Shown here piece after piece: positions 39,772 to 51,600 of a stretch of 64,000 bases of DNA. The position numbers were made by a program, and so were the translations under genes. This DNA comes from Marsupella aquatica. Its lineage: Eukaryota > Plantae > Marchantiophyta. The number at the start of each line of letters is the position of its first letter. The stretch's first letter is position 1. The stretch covers positions 12,345,929 to 12,409,928 of the forward strand of contig OZ316895.1 in NCBI GenBank assembly GCA_973895155.1, given 5' to 3'. The notes under the pieces are model-generated. The model saw only the letters and a list, made by a program, of their open reading frames with translations. It ran no database searches and was not told the origin of the DNA.

Positions 39772-42289
39772 ACTAGAGATTAAGTAACGTTGAATGGCTC
39801 CAACCTCATTTGTTGCATTGCAACGTTTCATTTCTTTTCGACGATCACATTTGGTTAATATATATGGCTAGCGCCCGGCGCTAGCATAAGTTTGTCCCGT
39901 TCTGAGTGAACCTCTTTCATTTCATGGGCCGGATGGATTCTTTCATGGGCCGGATGGATTCTCATCTAAAGTCTTACACTAGTAGGTATTTTTGCAATAA
40001 GTTTATTTAAATGGGCTAGAAATCTTGGTTTGTTTTTTGTTAGCGCCTAGCGATATTATAGAATACAGTTCCGATTCCGATGATATTTTTGAGATAAGTA
40101 ACATTTCGAGTGTGTTTCGTATCAGCAGCCAGTGTATGGTTGGACCCACTCGATGGTTTATGTATATTTGGTGGAGAAGTGACTGCATTTAGTTGTTGTA
40201 AGGAACCCGATCAAGTGTTACATTTCGCTAAAATGTGGGCTCAAAACTTCAAAACATTCATGGTACAGGTTCCTGTTTTCCTGTTAACAGGAGTTCTGTT
40301 TTCCTGTTTCCTGTCTCGGTGGTGATGCCCAATTGGTGCAAACTATAGTAGTACAATTCTAGAGAAATTCACAAAAGAGCAGTCTGCTAGCAAGTTAATT
40401 GTCATTGAATGATTCTTTCTACAGATGGTGGTAGAGCACTGCAGTTTTGAACTGATCCACTAGCAGTAATTGGCAGAATGGAGTTCAGTTGAAGTGATGG
40501 GGGGAGCCAAGAATGGCCCCAGGCCAGAACCTATTGTCGGCAAACATATTATAGGCAGATGTATTTAAAATTGTATTTTACACCGAATTGTCAAATTCAG
40601 CCTATTGTGACCAAGTAGGTTTGGTCTCTGTGCACTCAAGTGATAAGTTTTCAGCATATGTCTGTTGTAGCAGTTTCATAGGAGGGCCTTCATTGACAAG
40701 GGAGTACCCGGAGCCCTGGTAAGTGTACATCCAATAGGAGCAGACAGCTTAAATAAGTAGAAGGAACAATACTCAATGATACAAACTAACAAAAGCAACG
40801 GCTAGGTAGAAGGAACAACACTCACTGTCAATAAACAAACAATCAGGTTTATTCACTTGACACATTACACCATACTAGCCCCGATTACCCATTAATAGCG
40901 GAGAGGACATTAAAAATGTTACCAAAATATATTCTCTATTCATATTCTTTGAAGGATGAAATGATAAAAAACTGATCATTTTAATAGTCATATATAATAT
41001 ACCATTCTCCTTTCTATGCACATCCCTCTTTGTTGCACATATGTTGTGCTGGGGCCGTAGTGCCCATTTTTTGAATACAAATACTTAGAAATTAGAGGTA
41101 TATGCTTAAACAACCCCCTCTGGACTGTTTCCTACTTGATAGACCCCCTATGTTCAGATATGCCCCAATAGACCCCCCAAAGTCTGTATGTTACCCAATC
41201 GACCCCCTTTGATAGTTTCTGGTTCATGACATGCCGTGTATTGCAATTGCAGTCTACCTGAATCTGTCCGTGGGTGCTCGCGTGGGTGCTCGCAACTTGA
41301 CCAAACCGTCAAATGCTTGGTTTAGGGTCGGCCGGGCCGGGCCACGACGGCAATGATTGAGGATTTCAAAAATGATGTGAAGCTAGATGTGAAGACAATA
41401 TGTGTTATGTCTTCAAATGTTCATTATTGAATTGTCCTCACGTAATTTGGTCCAAATGATCATTGTTTCACATTGGGTCACAACGACTTCTGTCGATTAT
41501 GAGGTTTGGGGGAATCTATCGTATTGGAGGTTATTGCTCAGCTCAGTCTCTTTTCTTTAGTGAAGTGGAATGCATTCTTTAATATGACATATTATCACTA
41601 CGAGATAGAGTGTGCCCAAAAACAAGACCAATTGCACATGGATTTAGGATGTGGCCAGGATAACTGATGGGAAAGAGTCGCAGAACTCGACTACCTTAAC
41701 ATTTAGCTCCGGCGTCGCTGACTCTAACGCCGAGCTCCCTTATGGTCCAGGCCCGTATAGGCCATCCGGGGAGGACTTAGCACGGGGAGACTTGTGGGCA
41801 ATGAGATGTGGCACTAGCGAGGCAAGGGGCCAAGCTAGGGACACACACTAAGGACTTCGACTAGCCTATGGCTGGTCGGGTCAAGGGCAAATGGGCCAGG
41901 CTCAAGGATGGCCATCCGGACTGTCGGATGGGCTTTGAGTTCTGAGGGCTTAGGAGTGAGCTCCGCTTGGGCCCAAGGCCAATGGAGTGGACGCCATTGG
42001 CAATGGACGCTAGGGGCGCAAGTTGTGGCCCGATGCGGGTTGGACCGGTCGGGGGTCCTGAGCGGCGATCAGACCTGAGGGCCTAGGCATGAGCACTGGG
42101 TCGGCCCGGTCACAACGAGCTAAGGCACTCCGCTTGCGGATGCCTATCAAGGAAGTAATGGGCGTTGCCAGTTGGTGGCGCGCCCATTATACGCGATGGG
42201 ATCCGGGTTGGGGGCCAATGTTTAGGGACCAAAGTTGGTCCGGGGGTGGCAGGTCTCCAGAAACATATATGAGGGGAGTGGTGTTTCCC

Positions 42290-44724
42290 TGATGAATACC
42301 ATCTTTCATGACTTGTTGGACCAAGGAGTGGTCGTCTTTATTGACGACATCCTAATCTACTTGAAAACGATGGAGGAGCATGAGCAGTTGCTCAGAGAAG
42401 TGTTCTCTCGCCTTCGTAAGGCTCGTCTCTTTGCTAAACCTAGCAAGTGCGAGTTCGCGATGAACGAGATTCAGTTCCTTGGCCATACCTTTTTACCCCG
42501 GAAGGGATTACGCCTAGTCAGGACAAGCTTAAGGAGATCAAAGAATGGGAGCATCCGTCCAATGTAAGGCAAGTTAGAGCCTTCTTAGGATTTACAGGGT
42601 TCTATCTGAGATACATGAAAGACTATGCGAGGATCGCGAGGCCCCTCAATGCGCTAACGTTGAAAAACAAAGTGTTTGTGTGGACACAGGATTGCGAGTT
42701 AGCATTCCTAGAACTTAAGCGGTTAATGATAACACCGCCGATTCTAAAGTGACCTGAGATGGGGAAGCCGTTCGAGATTTGGACAGACGCAAGTGATTAT
42801 GCCATCGGCGCTTGTCTTCACCAAGATGGGCGTCCTGTGGCCTTCGAGTCCTGTAAGTTGGAAAATCATTGGATCACGCCGGAAAGGGAAATGTATGCTA
42901 TGATCTACGCGTTGAAAAAGTGGGAGATTTAGTAATACCTTAAGAACGGTCCCAAAGTGGTAATCCACACAGATAGCTCGCCGGCCGGGTACTTCAGTTC
43001 TAAGCCAAAGTTGAACCCCAAGGAAATGCGCTGGCAGATGTTCTTCGCGGATTTCGATTTCGAAGTCCGCCACGTTCCAGGGAAGACAAATACGGCAGCG
43101 GACGCGTTATCGCGTAAGGACCAACATTGTGTCAATGGGATCACGATGCTCCAATCCGAGTGGCCAAAGGTTCTGGCCGCGGCATACGGGGATGACAGGT
43201 TAGCTAAGGATTGGCAAAGCAATGGGGGTAGTCGGGGCAAGGTAAGGCACGTATCGTTGGGGTTGGATACGACGCATAATGTCCAGTTATGGCGATACAA
43301 GCAGAGGCGTGTGTACATACCAGAGTCTCTAAGATTAGAGGTTTTGCAAAAGTACCACGACTCGCCCTGGGGAGGGCACTCAGGACAAGCCGCTACATAT
43401 CACAGCATGTCGCGAGATGTGTATTGGCCGGACATGAAGCAATCGGTCCTTCAACACGTGCAAAGTTGTTACTCGTGCCAAAAGAACCGAACGGTCTATA
43501 GGGCAAAAGGAGGACTGCTGCAACCCTTACCAGTAGCTTCCGCTCCATGGGAGTCTATCTCCATGGACTTCATTGTTGGACTACCTGAGTACCACGGCAG
43601 TAACTCCATCTTAACAATCGTGGATCGTTTTTCCAAGATGGCGTATTTCTTGCCTACTACAAAGATGGTTTCGGCCCGAGAGGTTGCCGGTCTAGTATTT
43701 GACAATGTCTTCGACAGTGGGGATTGCCATTGCATATCCTGTCTGATCGCGATACCAAGTTCACGGGCCATTTCTGGAAGGCATTGTTCCGGTTATCCGG
43801 AATGGACCTGACCAGGGGATCAGCGTATCATCATGAGACAGATGGCCAAACAGAACGGGTTAACGGTATTGTGGAGGACTACTTGCGTCACTTTGTGATA
43901 GCCAATCAGAAGGATTGGGTGAAACATTTAACAATGGCCGAGTTTAGGTATAACTCGACCAAGCATTTGGCAACGGGGTTTGCGCCGTTTGTGTTGGCCA
44001 CAGGGAGGACGCCAAGGGTGCCCTCCTGGTTTATAAATCCGGAAGCTTGGCGCCGTTTGTGTTGGCCATAGGGAGGACGCCAAGGGTGCCCTCCTGGTTT
44101 ATAAATCCGGAAGCTTGGCGGATGGAAAGCAAGGTTCCTTTTGCGGACGATTTTATTCGAGAGCGGCGCCTAGTTGTGGAAGCGGCTACCAAGGGTATGA
44201 CCCTTGCCCAAAGTCGGTACAAGGAGCAAGGGGATAAACATCGACGCCAGGTAAGCTTTGAAATTGGGGAGAGCGTCTGGTTGCAGTTGAGACCTGAGCA
44301 ATACCACGGGAACATAAGTAGGAAGCTGGCTCCCAAATATGCGGGGCCCTATCGCATCATACGATGGGCCCACAAGGATAATCCGGTTTCGGTGGTATTG
44401 GAGACACCCAAGGAAATGGGCGTGGGAAAAAGCTACCATGTTAGCCGGCTCAAGAAGTTTGTCAAAGACGATGATCCCAACCGGGATCAGGTCTTGCGTC
44501 CGGACGCCATGCTGGTGGAGGACGCAGAGGAGTTCGAGGTGGAGGCAATTCTGGACCACCGTTACAAAAGCAAGTTGGGAAGACAAATTTTAGAGTATTT
44601 GGTGAAGTGGGCTGGCTACGACCAGGCTGAGAGTACTTGGGAGCCGGAAGAAAATTTGGGTAATGCCTCAGAGATCCTTGGAAGCTATCATACCGCCGTT
44701 GTGAACTGGTACAGGCAACTGTAG
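42290..44724 (+). pseudogene. Gypsy pol fragment: RT (C-half) - RNaseH - integrase - chromodomain, with stops and frameshifts
   Basis: VVVFIDDILIY, FLGFTGFY, TDASD, ADALSR, HDSPWGGH..C..C, PWESISMDFI, TDGQTER, LAPKYAGPY, and chromodomain EFEVEAILDHR..YLVKWAGY..STWEPEENL. A 68-bp tandem duplication at 43982-44117 shifts the frame. Confidence 0.93.
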
Positions 44725-46122
44725 CTACCTTTGTGAGTTGTATCTTAGTTTCACTCCTCTCGGCCTCTTAAGGATAAAGTCGGATTGCGTTGGTGCTAGA
44801 GGTTGTTGAGTGGCCGATTTGCTTTTCGCGAGTGGAAGTTGATGTTGCCCGCCCTACATCTGTGGGCGGGCTAGTTCGAACCAAAGGGGAGCGCCCCAAG
44901 GGGAGGACAATGGGTCCGACAAGTTTGGAGTTAGCTTACCCGTTTGGACTGGCATCCCACTTGGATAAGTGGGATAGGTTGGAATTTCCTAAGTTTGGAA
45001 TGCGCATACCGACCTGGTTTGCATCAGCCTTATGGGCAAACCATTTGTTACCTCATAAAAAAATTTAAGGCCCAAAGTGGTCTAGGCGTGTTGGAATGTT
45101 TACTTAGGTCACGCAGATGTGACCATTTTTAAGGGGGGTGGCAAGTCGCGGAACTCGACTACCTTAACACTTAGCTCCGGCATCGCTGACTCCGACGCCG
45201 AGCTCCCTTATGGTCCAGGCCCGGATAGGCCATCCGGGGAGGACTTAGAATGGGGAGACTTGTGGGCAATGAGATGTGGCACTGGCGAGGCAAGGGGCCA
45301 AGCTGGGGACACAAACTAAGGACTTGGACTAGCCTATGGCTGGTCGGGTCAAGGGGAAATGGGCCGGGCTCAAGGATGGCCGTCCGGACTGTCGGATGGG
45401 CTTTGAGTTCTGAGGGCTTGGGAGTGAGCTCCTCTTGGGCCCAAGGCCAATGGAGTTGACGCCATTGGCAACGGACGCTTGGGGCGCAAGTTGTGGCCCG
45501 ATCCGGGTTGGGCCGGTCGGGGACACCAAGCGACGATCAGACCTGAGGGCCTAGGCATGAGCACTGGGTCGGCCCGATCACAACGGGCTAAGGCACTCCG
45601 CTTGCGGATGCCTATCAAGAAAGTTATGGGCATTGCCAGTTGGTGGCGCGCCCATTGTGCGCGATGGGATCTGGGTTGGGGGCCAAATGTTTATGGACCA
45701 AAGTTGGTCTGGGGGTGGCAGGTCTCCAGAAGCATATATGAGGGTAGTGGTGTCTCCCTGGGGGCTAAGGGTGAGCGCGGTCGCAACACTAAGGGAAACC
45801 GCCAAACGGAAATGGCGATATCTTCCCAACAGGAAGTCCGTTGGAGGACTTCTTAGGTGCGTTGGAAAGCTCTTGAGGAGGGCTACGCCCTCCTTAGATC
45901 AGCTGGGTCTGGGGGTGCCATGAGTTCTCATGGTTTGCGGGTGTTAGCTCGCCCGTTTGCCAAATCCTGCCGAACAGCAGCCAAGCCGCGTTCAGCCTCC
46001 CAAGGGAGCTTGCATTGGGGAGGCAAGGCCAAGTAGGTATGGAGGTTGAGTCCCAAGGGAGCTCGGTCCCTAGACCTCCAGTGGGGCAAACCGGGAGTGG
46101 TTGTTAGAGTCGGGGTCATTCT

Positions 46123-46454
46123 TGTTGAACTAAGACGTCATTCGCAACGACCATATAACCATGACTCATTCCATGCACACGTAGTCGACACAATCTCTAC
46201 GTGGTTCACCTCTTCTCCAAGGCTACGTCCACATGAACACTCAAGCTTTACTTCAAGAGTAGACGAACACCCATGCTCTCTCTCTTCCTCCTGTTGTTCT
46301 GTTACAATGAGTAAGCACCACCCACCAGCGGCTTACACTAGCCCTGGTATATACAAGGTCACACACGACTAATCTAACCTCAGCTAAGATCCTAACTGTG
46401 GTTAGCCTAAGTGCCGTAACCTATGAGTCACAAGACTAAGAGCAATCCTTAACA
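46123..46454. mobile_element. Solo LTR (332 bp, Copia-like family) inserted in the Gypsy 3' LTR
   Basis: TG..CA ends with 5-bp TSD ATTCT on both sides. Shares the GTCGACACAA..TACGTGGTTCACCTC..GGCTACGTCCAC block with the adjacent Copia LTR. Confidence 0.88.
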
Positions 46455-46532
46455 ATTCTGGTCCCGACGTGTTGAGACAAGCTTGGGACAAGCTTTAGGA
46501 CAAGCTACGCTATTTGGGCCATGAGCATGTCC

Positions 46533-47388
46533 TGAGGTCAGGGCGGTCAGTTGGTGATGGATAGGTACGAGGGGGAACCCGGGCCGCGCCCAAGGAAGGA
46601 GCTGTCCTGGACGGACAGTGGGCGTGAGTTCTGGTTCTGGCTTATGGCATCGGGAGGACCTATCGCTGACCTATTTACCAACGTCTGTTAAGCTTGAGTT
46701 AGGATGCTAGACTTGGCGAGTTCTAGATCCGGAGGGGTTACTTACCGAGGTGCTTGGTTGCTTGTGCAGACAGTGAGGACCGTTGAGTAGCGGTCGTTTA
46801 GGTGAGCAAGTGCGGCTTCGTATGGGAGGGGCCATAGATGGTGCTAGAGGCAGTTAGATGCTTGCTCGAGGTATTCCGTGGAGGCGTTCGGGCACTAAGG
46901 GCACTTAGGCGCAAGTGCTGGGATTGGTGAGGGCGCTGGTGGCGAGGTCCACCACTTGAGGTCAGGGCGGTCAGTTGGTGATGGATAGGTACAAGGGGGA
47001 ACCCGGGCCACGCCCAAGGAAGGAGCTATCCTGGACGGACAGTGGGCGTGGGTTCTGGTTCTGGTTCCGGCTTATGGCATTGGGAGGACCTATCGCTGAC
47101 CTATTTACCAACGTCTGTTGAGCTTGAGTTAGAATGCTAGACTTGGGGGAGTTCTAGATCCGGAGGGGTTACTTACCGAGGTGCTTGGTTGCTTGTGTAG
47201 ACAATGAGGATCATTGAGTAGCGGTCGTGTAGGCGAGCAAGCGCGGCTTTATATGGGAGGGGCCGCTGGTGGTGCAAGAGGCACTTGGGTGCTTGCTCGA
47301 GGTATTCCGTGGAGGCGTTCGGGCACCAAGGGCACTTAGGCGCAAGTGCTGGGATTGGTGAGGGCGCTGGGTGGCGAGGTCCACCACT
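46533..47388 (+). repeat. ~430-bp tandem duplication of the Gypsy 3' LTR end
   Basis: 46533-46956 and 46957-47388 both run TGAGGTCAGGGCGG...GAGGTCCACCACT. Confidence 0.88.
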
Positions 47389-47445
47389 GAAAGCCTATAA
47401 GAAAGTGTGTAAGAGTTTAATGTTGTCATCAATTATTGTTGATAT

Positions 47446-47777
47446 TGTTAAGGATTGCTCTTAGTCTTGTGACTCAAAGGTTATGGCACTTAGGCTAACC
47501 ACAGTTAGGGTCTTAGCTGAGGTTAGGTTAGTCGTGTGTGACCTTGTATATACCAGGGCTAGTGTAAGCTGCTGGTGAGTGGTGCTTACTCATTGTAACA
47601 GAGCAATAGGAGGAAGAGAGAAAGCATGTGTGTTCGTCTACTCTTAAAGTAAAGTTTGAGTGTTCGTGTGGACGTAGCCTTGGAGAAGAGGTGAACCACG
47701 TAGAGATTGTGTCGACTACGTGTGCATGGAATGAGTCATGGTTGTATGGTCGTTGCGAATGACGTCTTAGTTCAACA
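47446..47777. mobile_element. Second solo LTR of the same family, inverted relative to 46123-46454
   Basis: Reverse complement of 46123-46454 with scattered substitutions. It has its own 5-bp TSD GATAT. Confidence 0.88.
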
Positions 47778-48677
47778 GATATGTATTGTTTAGTATATGT
47801 CTGAGTTCAGTTGCTGGTAAGGGAAGCAAAGGCAACTCAAATTCAAAAGGGCAAACCTTTCAAGGATTTTGGAGAATTTTACAAGTGTTTGGATTCTTGG
47901 TTGTCATAATGGTCTTGCGGTATGAAGATATATTGGAAACACTTTGAGAACATTTAATAATTTCTGAACCCAAGTGTGCCGATTTAGCAGATTGGTGTCA
48001 ATTCCAGCAAAGCATTTGTCTGTGAGGGATATCTAAACATAGATTTGTCTCTAATGGAATGCATTGATAAAGATTCTCAACAAAGCAACTATGTATGAAC
48101 ATTATGGAGATAGTGTTGAGCATAGACGACGATCGCAACGGCAAGCCCATGAACCATCCAACGCACAATAGTCGACACAAGAGATACGTGGTTCACCTCC
48201 TTGAGGCTACGTCCACGGGAACACACAAGAGAGCTTTACTGAACTCTAAGCCTGTCGGCTATACCGAGTCTCCACAGTGTAAGCTCTCCCTATCTCTCAA
48301 GTGGCTCCATAACAATGAGCCTTGGTTCTACCTCTCCAAGCACACATGCCTCTTATGATATAGTGTGCAACTTAGTTGTACCTAACCACGTAGTTGTACC
48401 AACCCACGTTGTTGTACCAACCACGTCATACCTAACCTAGACGTAAGAGTAAATACCCAACAATCTTCCCCTTGACTCTGGTCTAGGGGAGAGTAATACT
48501 GCCAATGTATATGATCCCTCAGCGGGAAGTTCTGGACAGAAACCAAACCGGTTTCCCTCTCTAACTAGAGCAAACCAGAACTAAGCCGTAGCCTAATACA
48601 TAGGAATGAGGAAGAGCATATATCAGTAATTACAATGAATGTTTAAGAAAACTCTACTTGTGATGCAATTGCAAAAC

Positions 48678-51600
48678 CTACAATACGTCACGGTGTCTAG
48701 AGAAACTCTCCAAAGGAATCACTTTGGTAAATGCGTCAGCCGGGTTGAGTTTACCATCAATCTTGACTAGCTCAAACAAATTATCAGACACAGTCTGCCT
48801 GATAAAATGGTACCTGACGTCAATGTGCTTCACTCTGCTGTCCATCACCTGGTTCACAGCAAGGTGGAGCGCACTTTGACTATCACAATGGAGCTTCACA
48901 TTCCCCTGTGGCAATCCCATTTCAGTGATAAGTCTATCCAACCAAATCGCTTCCTTTGCTGCTTCCGCAGCTGCAACATACTCCGCTTCTGTAGTAGACT
49001 GAGCAATACACTTCTGCAAAGTAGACCTCCAACTTATGCATCCACCGCCAAGTGTGAACACGTATCCTGTTGTTGATCTCCTTCGGTCCAAATCTTGTCC
49101 ATAGTCAGAATCTACATAGCCAATCAATGATCTAGCATTCTTTGCATTCGCATCAAATAAAAGACCATGATCCACGGTACCCTTCAAGTACCTGATAATC
49201 CACTTCACTGCTTCCCAGTGTACCTTCCCTGGATTCGACATGTACCTGCTCACCTTGCCCATAGCCATGGCAAGATCAGGTCTAGTGCAAGTCATCAAAT
49301 ACATGAGACTCCCCACTGCCTTGTCATATGGAACCTTTGACATCAACCCCTTCTCTGTGTCATCCGTAGGACAGAACGCTGATGATAACTTGAAGTGTGG
49401 AGCCAACGGGGTACTTACTGGCTTGCTATTCTCCATGTTGAACCTTGCAATTACCTTCCTCGCATAACTGCTCTGCGTCAACCATAGCTTGCCAGCCTCC
49501 AAGTCCCTAGTGATCTCCATACCCAAAATCCTCTTAGCTGGCCCTAAGTCCTTCATCTTAAACTCTGCACTAAGCAGTGCCTTGAGCTTAACAATCTCAG
49601 ACCTATCCTTGGCTGCAATTAGCATGTCATCCACATAAAGTACTAAAACAATGAACCCAAAGACAACATTCTTCACCGGTTTCAAATACACACAAGGGTC
49701 AAATACACTTCTGTGAAAACCTTGTGACCGAATCCAATCGTCAAACCGCTTGTTCCACTGTCTTGGTGACTACTTCAACCCATACAAGGATTTCAGCAAT
49801 CTGCAAACCAATTCCTTCTGTCCTCTCTTCACAAAACCTAGCGGTTGTCTCATGAAGATCACCTCTTCCAATGTGCCATAGAGGAAAGCTGTGACAACAT
49901 CCATCTGATCTAGGAGCAGACCAAACATTACAACAAGTACACACAATAGTCGTATTGTAGAGTACTTAGCAACTGGTGAGAAGACCTCATTGTAATCCAC
50001 ACCTTTCTCTTGTGTGAATCCCTTTGCTACCAATCTAGCCTTGTAGACCTTCGATCCACCTCCTATGGAATTATCCTTCAGCTTGTAAATCCACTTGCTG
50101 TCCACCACTTGCTGACCCTTAGGCAGCTTAACAAGCTCCCAAGTTTTGTTGTCCTTTAGTGACTGCATCTCCGTTTGCATTGCTGCAGTCCACTTCTGCT
50201 TCTCTTTTGAAGCACTTGCCTCATGAAATGAAGAAGGTTCTCCTTCTTCCAAAATTAACGCATCACCATCATCATCAGCTGTAAAATCATCCTCTTGCAG
50301 TTGAGATGAATCAACCCACTGTCCATACCTTGATGGAGCGCGTACAGTGCGACCAGATGTTCTTCTAGCCGATGACTCCGGTTGATCTGCGTGTGCTGGT
50401 ACAATTTGAAGCTCAACAGCATCCACTTGTTGCTCACCAGCATCAACAAACTCCTCTGGTTCCTCTGGCACAGGAACCAGCTCCATAATTGGAGCAACTC
50501 CTTCTCTCCGGTCATGCACCTCATAACCAATCTCCCCCTCAACGAGATCCGGGATAGAAGATTTTCCTTTGTCAGTACGGGAGACCTGAGTATTCTCCCC
50601 CTCCTTCAATAATCTGGATTCATTGAAGGAAACATCCCTACTGACAATGAGCTTACAGGCAATAGGATCCCATAGCCTATAGGCTTTCACACCACTCTGG
50701 TACCCAAGAAAAACACATTTCCTGGAGGTAGGATCCAACTTGGTCCTATTCTGCTTTGGTGTGAGAGCATATGCATCACTTCCAAAAATTACCAAGCCAT
50801 GATAGTCTGCTTGCCGCTTATAGCGCATCTCAAACGGCGTTTTGAAATTGATAGCACTAGAAAGAGAAAGATTTACCAAATAAGCTGCGGTATTGACAGC
50901 TTCTGCCCAAAATTCTTGTGGTAAACCTGATTGGCTCAACATACTCCGTGACCGCTCCAACAGTGTCCGATTGAGCCTCTCAGCGACACCATTCTGCTGC
51001 GGAGTATAAACTGTGGTGAGATGGCGAGTTATCCCCTGTTCTGAATAGTACTCTTCAAATTCCATTGAAGTGTACTCCCCGCCGTTGTCTGACCTCAGAC
51101 TCTTCACCCTTGTATCCAAACACTTGATCGTGTTTCCAGTCTGATTCTCCACCTGGGCCTTCCACTTCTTAAAAATGGACAAGACATCAGACTTATGCGT
51201 CATGAAATAAATCCACACAAATCTTGAGTAATCATCAATAAATGATACATAGTACAACTTTCCAGAGTGTGAGGGAGTCGGGGATGGACCCCACACGTCA
51301 CTATGTATGTACTCAAGAACCACTTTGGAACGATGAGTTCCAACACCAAAAGCACGACGACGCTGCTTTCCAAGAATGCAATGCTCACAAAACTCTAATT
51401 TACAAGATTGCAAATCAGAAATGAGTCCATTCTTCCGTAAGATAGCCAAACCCTTCTCACTCATGTGGCCTAGCCGTGAATGCCACAGTTGAGTCATCTC
51501 CTCGTGAGACTTGGTTACATTGGCCTCTCCACATACAGTATTGCCTTGTAACACATACAAATTCTTTTGTCTACTCCCCTTCAAAATCACTGTCTCTCCC

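Larger units (their letters stand above)
29140..40055. repeat. Dispersed 15-bp palindrome TAGCGCCNGGCGCTA, ~20 copies
   Basis: Perfect copies start at 29140, 31011, 32225, 33038, 34438, 35711, 35929, 35991, 38106, 39869. Copies with 1-2 mismatches start at 29331, 29611, 30588, 30712, 30887, 32131, 35784, 38030, 38176, 40041. Weaker ones at 28981 and 29455. Confidence 0.95.
28746..40330. mobile_element. 11.6-kb DNA transposon (MULE-like DDE + SWIM transposase) with ParB-like/methyltransferase-fold cargo gene
   Basis: 8-bp TSD AATTGGTG at 28738-28745 and 40331-40338. Ends GGG..CCC. Inverted 18-mer AGACAGGAAACAGGAAAA lies 14 nt inside each end. Subterminal ACAGGAA repeats at both ends. Internal transposase and cargo ORFs. 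The palindrome family was seen only within this interval. Confidence 0.88.
41676..47388 (+). mobile_element. Ty3/Gypsy chromovirus (Tcn1-like), internally deleted
   Basis: 5-bp TSD GAAAG at 41671-41675 and 47389-47393. The truncated 5' LTR (41676-~42291) matches the 3' LTR start at 45144. PPT AAGGGGGGTGGC at 45131-45142. 3' LTR spans 45144-47388. Confidence 0.88.

Noticed and set aside
29140-40055. Palindromic repeats as a CRISPR array or REP elements
   Set aside because: Irregular spacing (60 bp to 2 kb), only 15 bp long, no cas genes, eukaryotic intron context.
28746-40330. Bacterial contamination or prophage explanation for the ParB/MTase gene
   Set aside because: Spliceosomal introns, TSD-bounded insertion in plant DNA, and a CG/CHG-type decay pattern.
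46123-47777. Inverted 332-bp repeats as TIRs of one DNA transposon or a DIRS element
   Set aside because: Each repeat has TG..CA ends and its own separate 5-bp TSD, so they are two solo LTRs.
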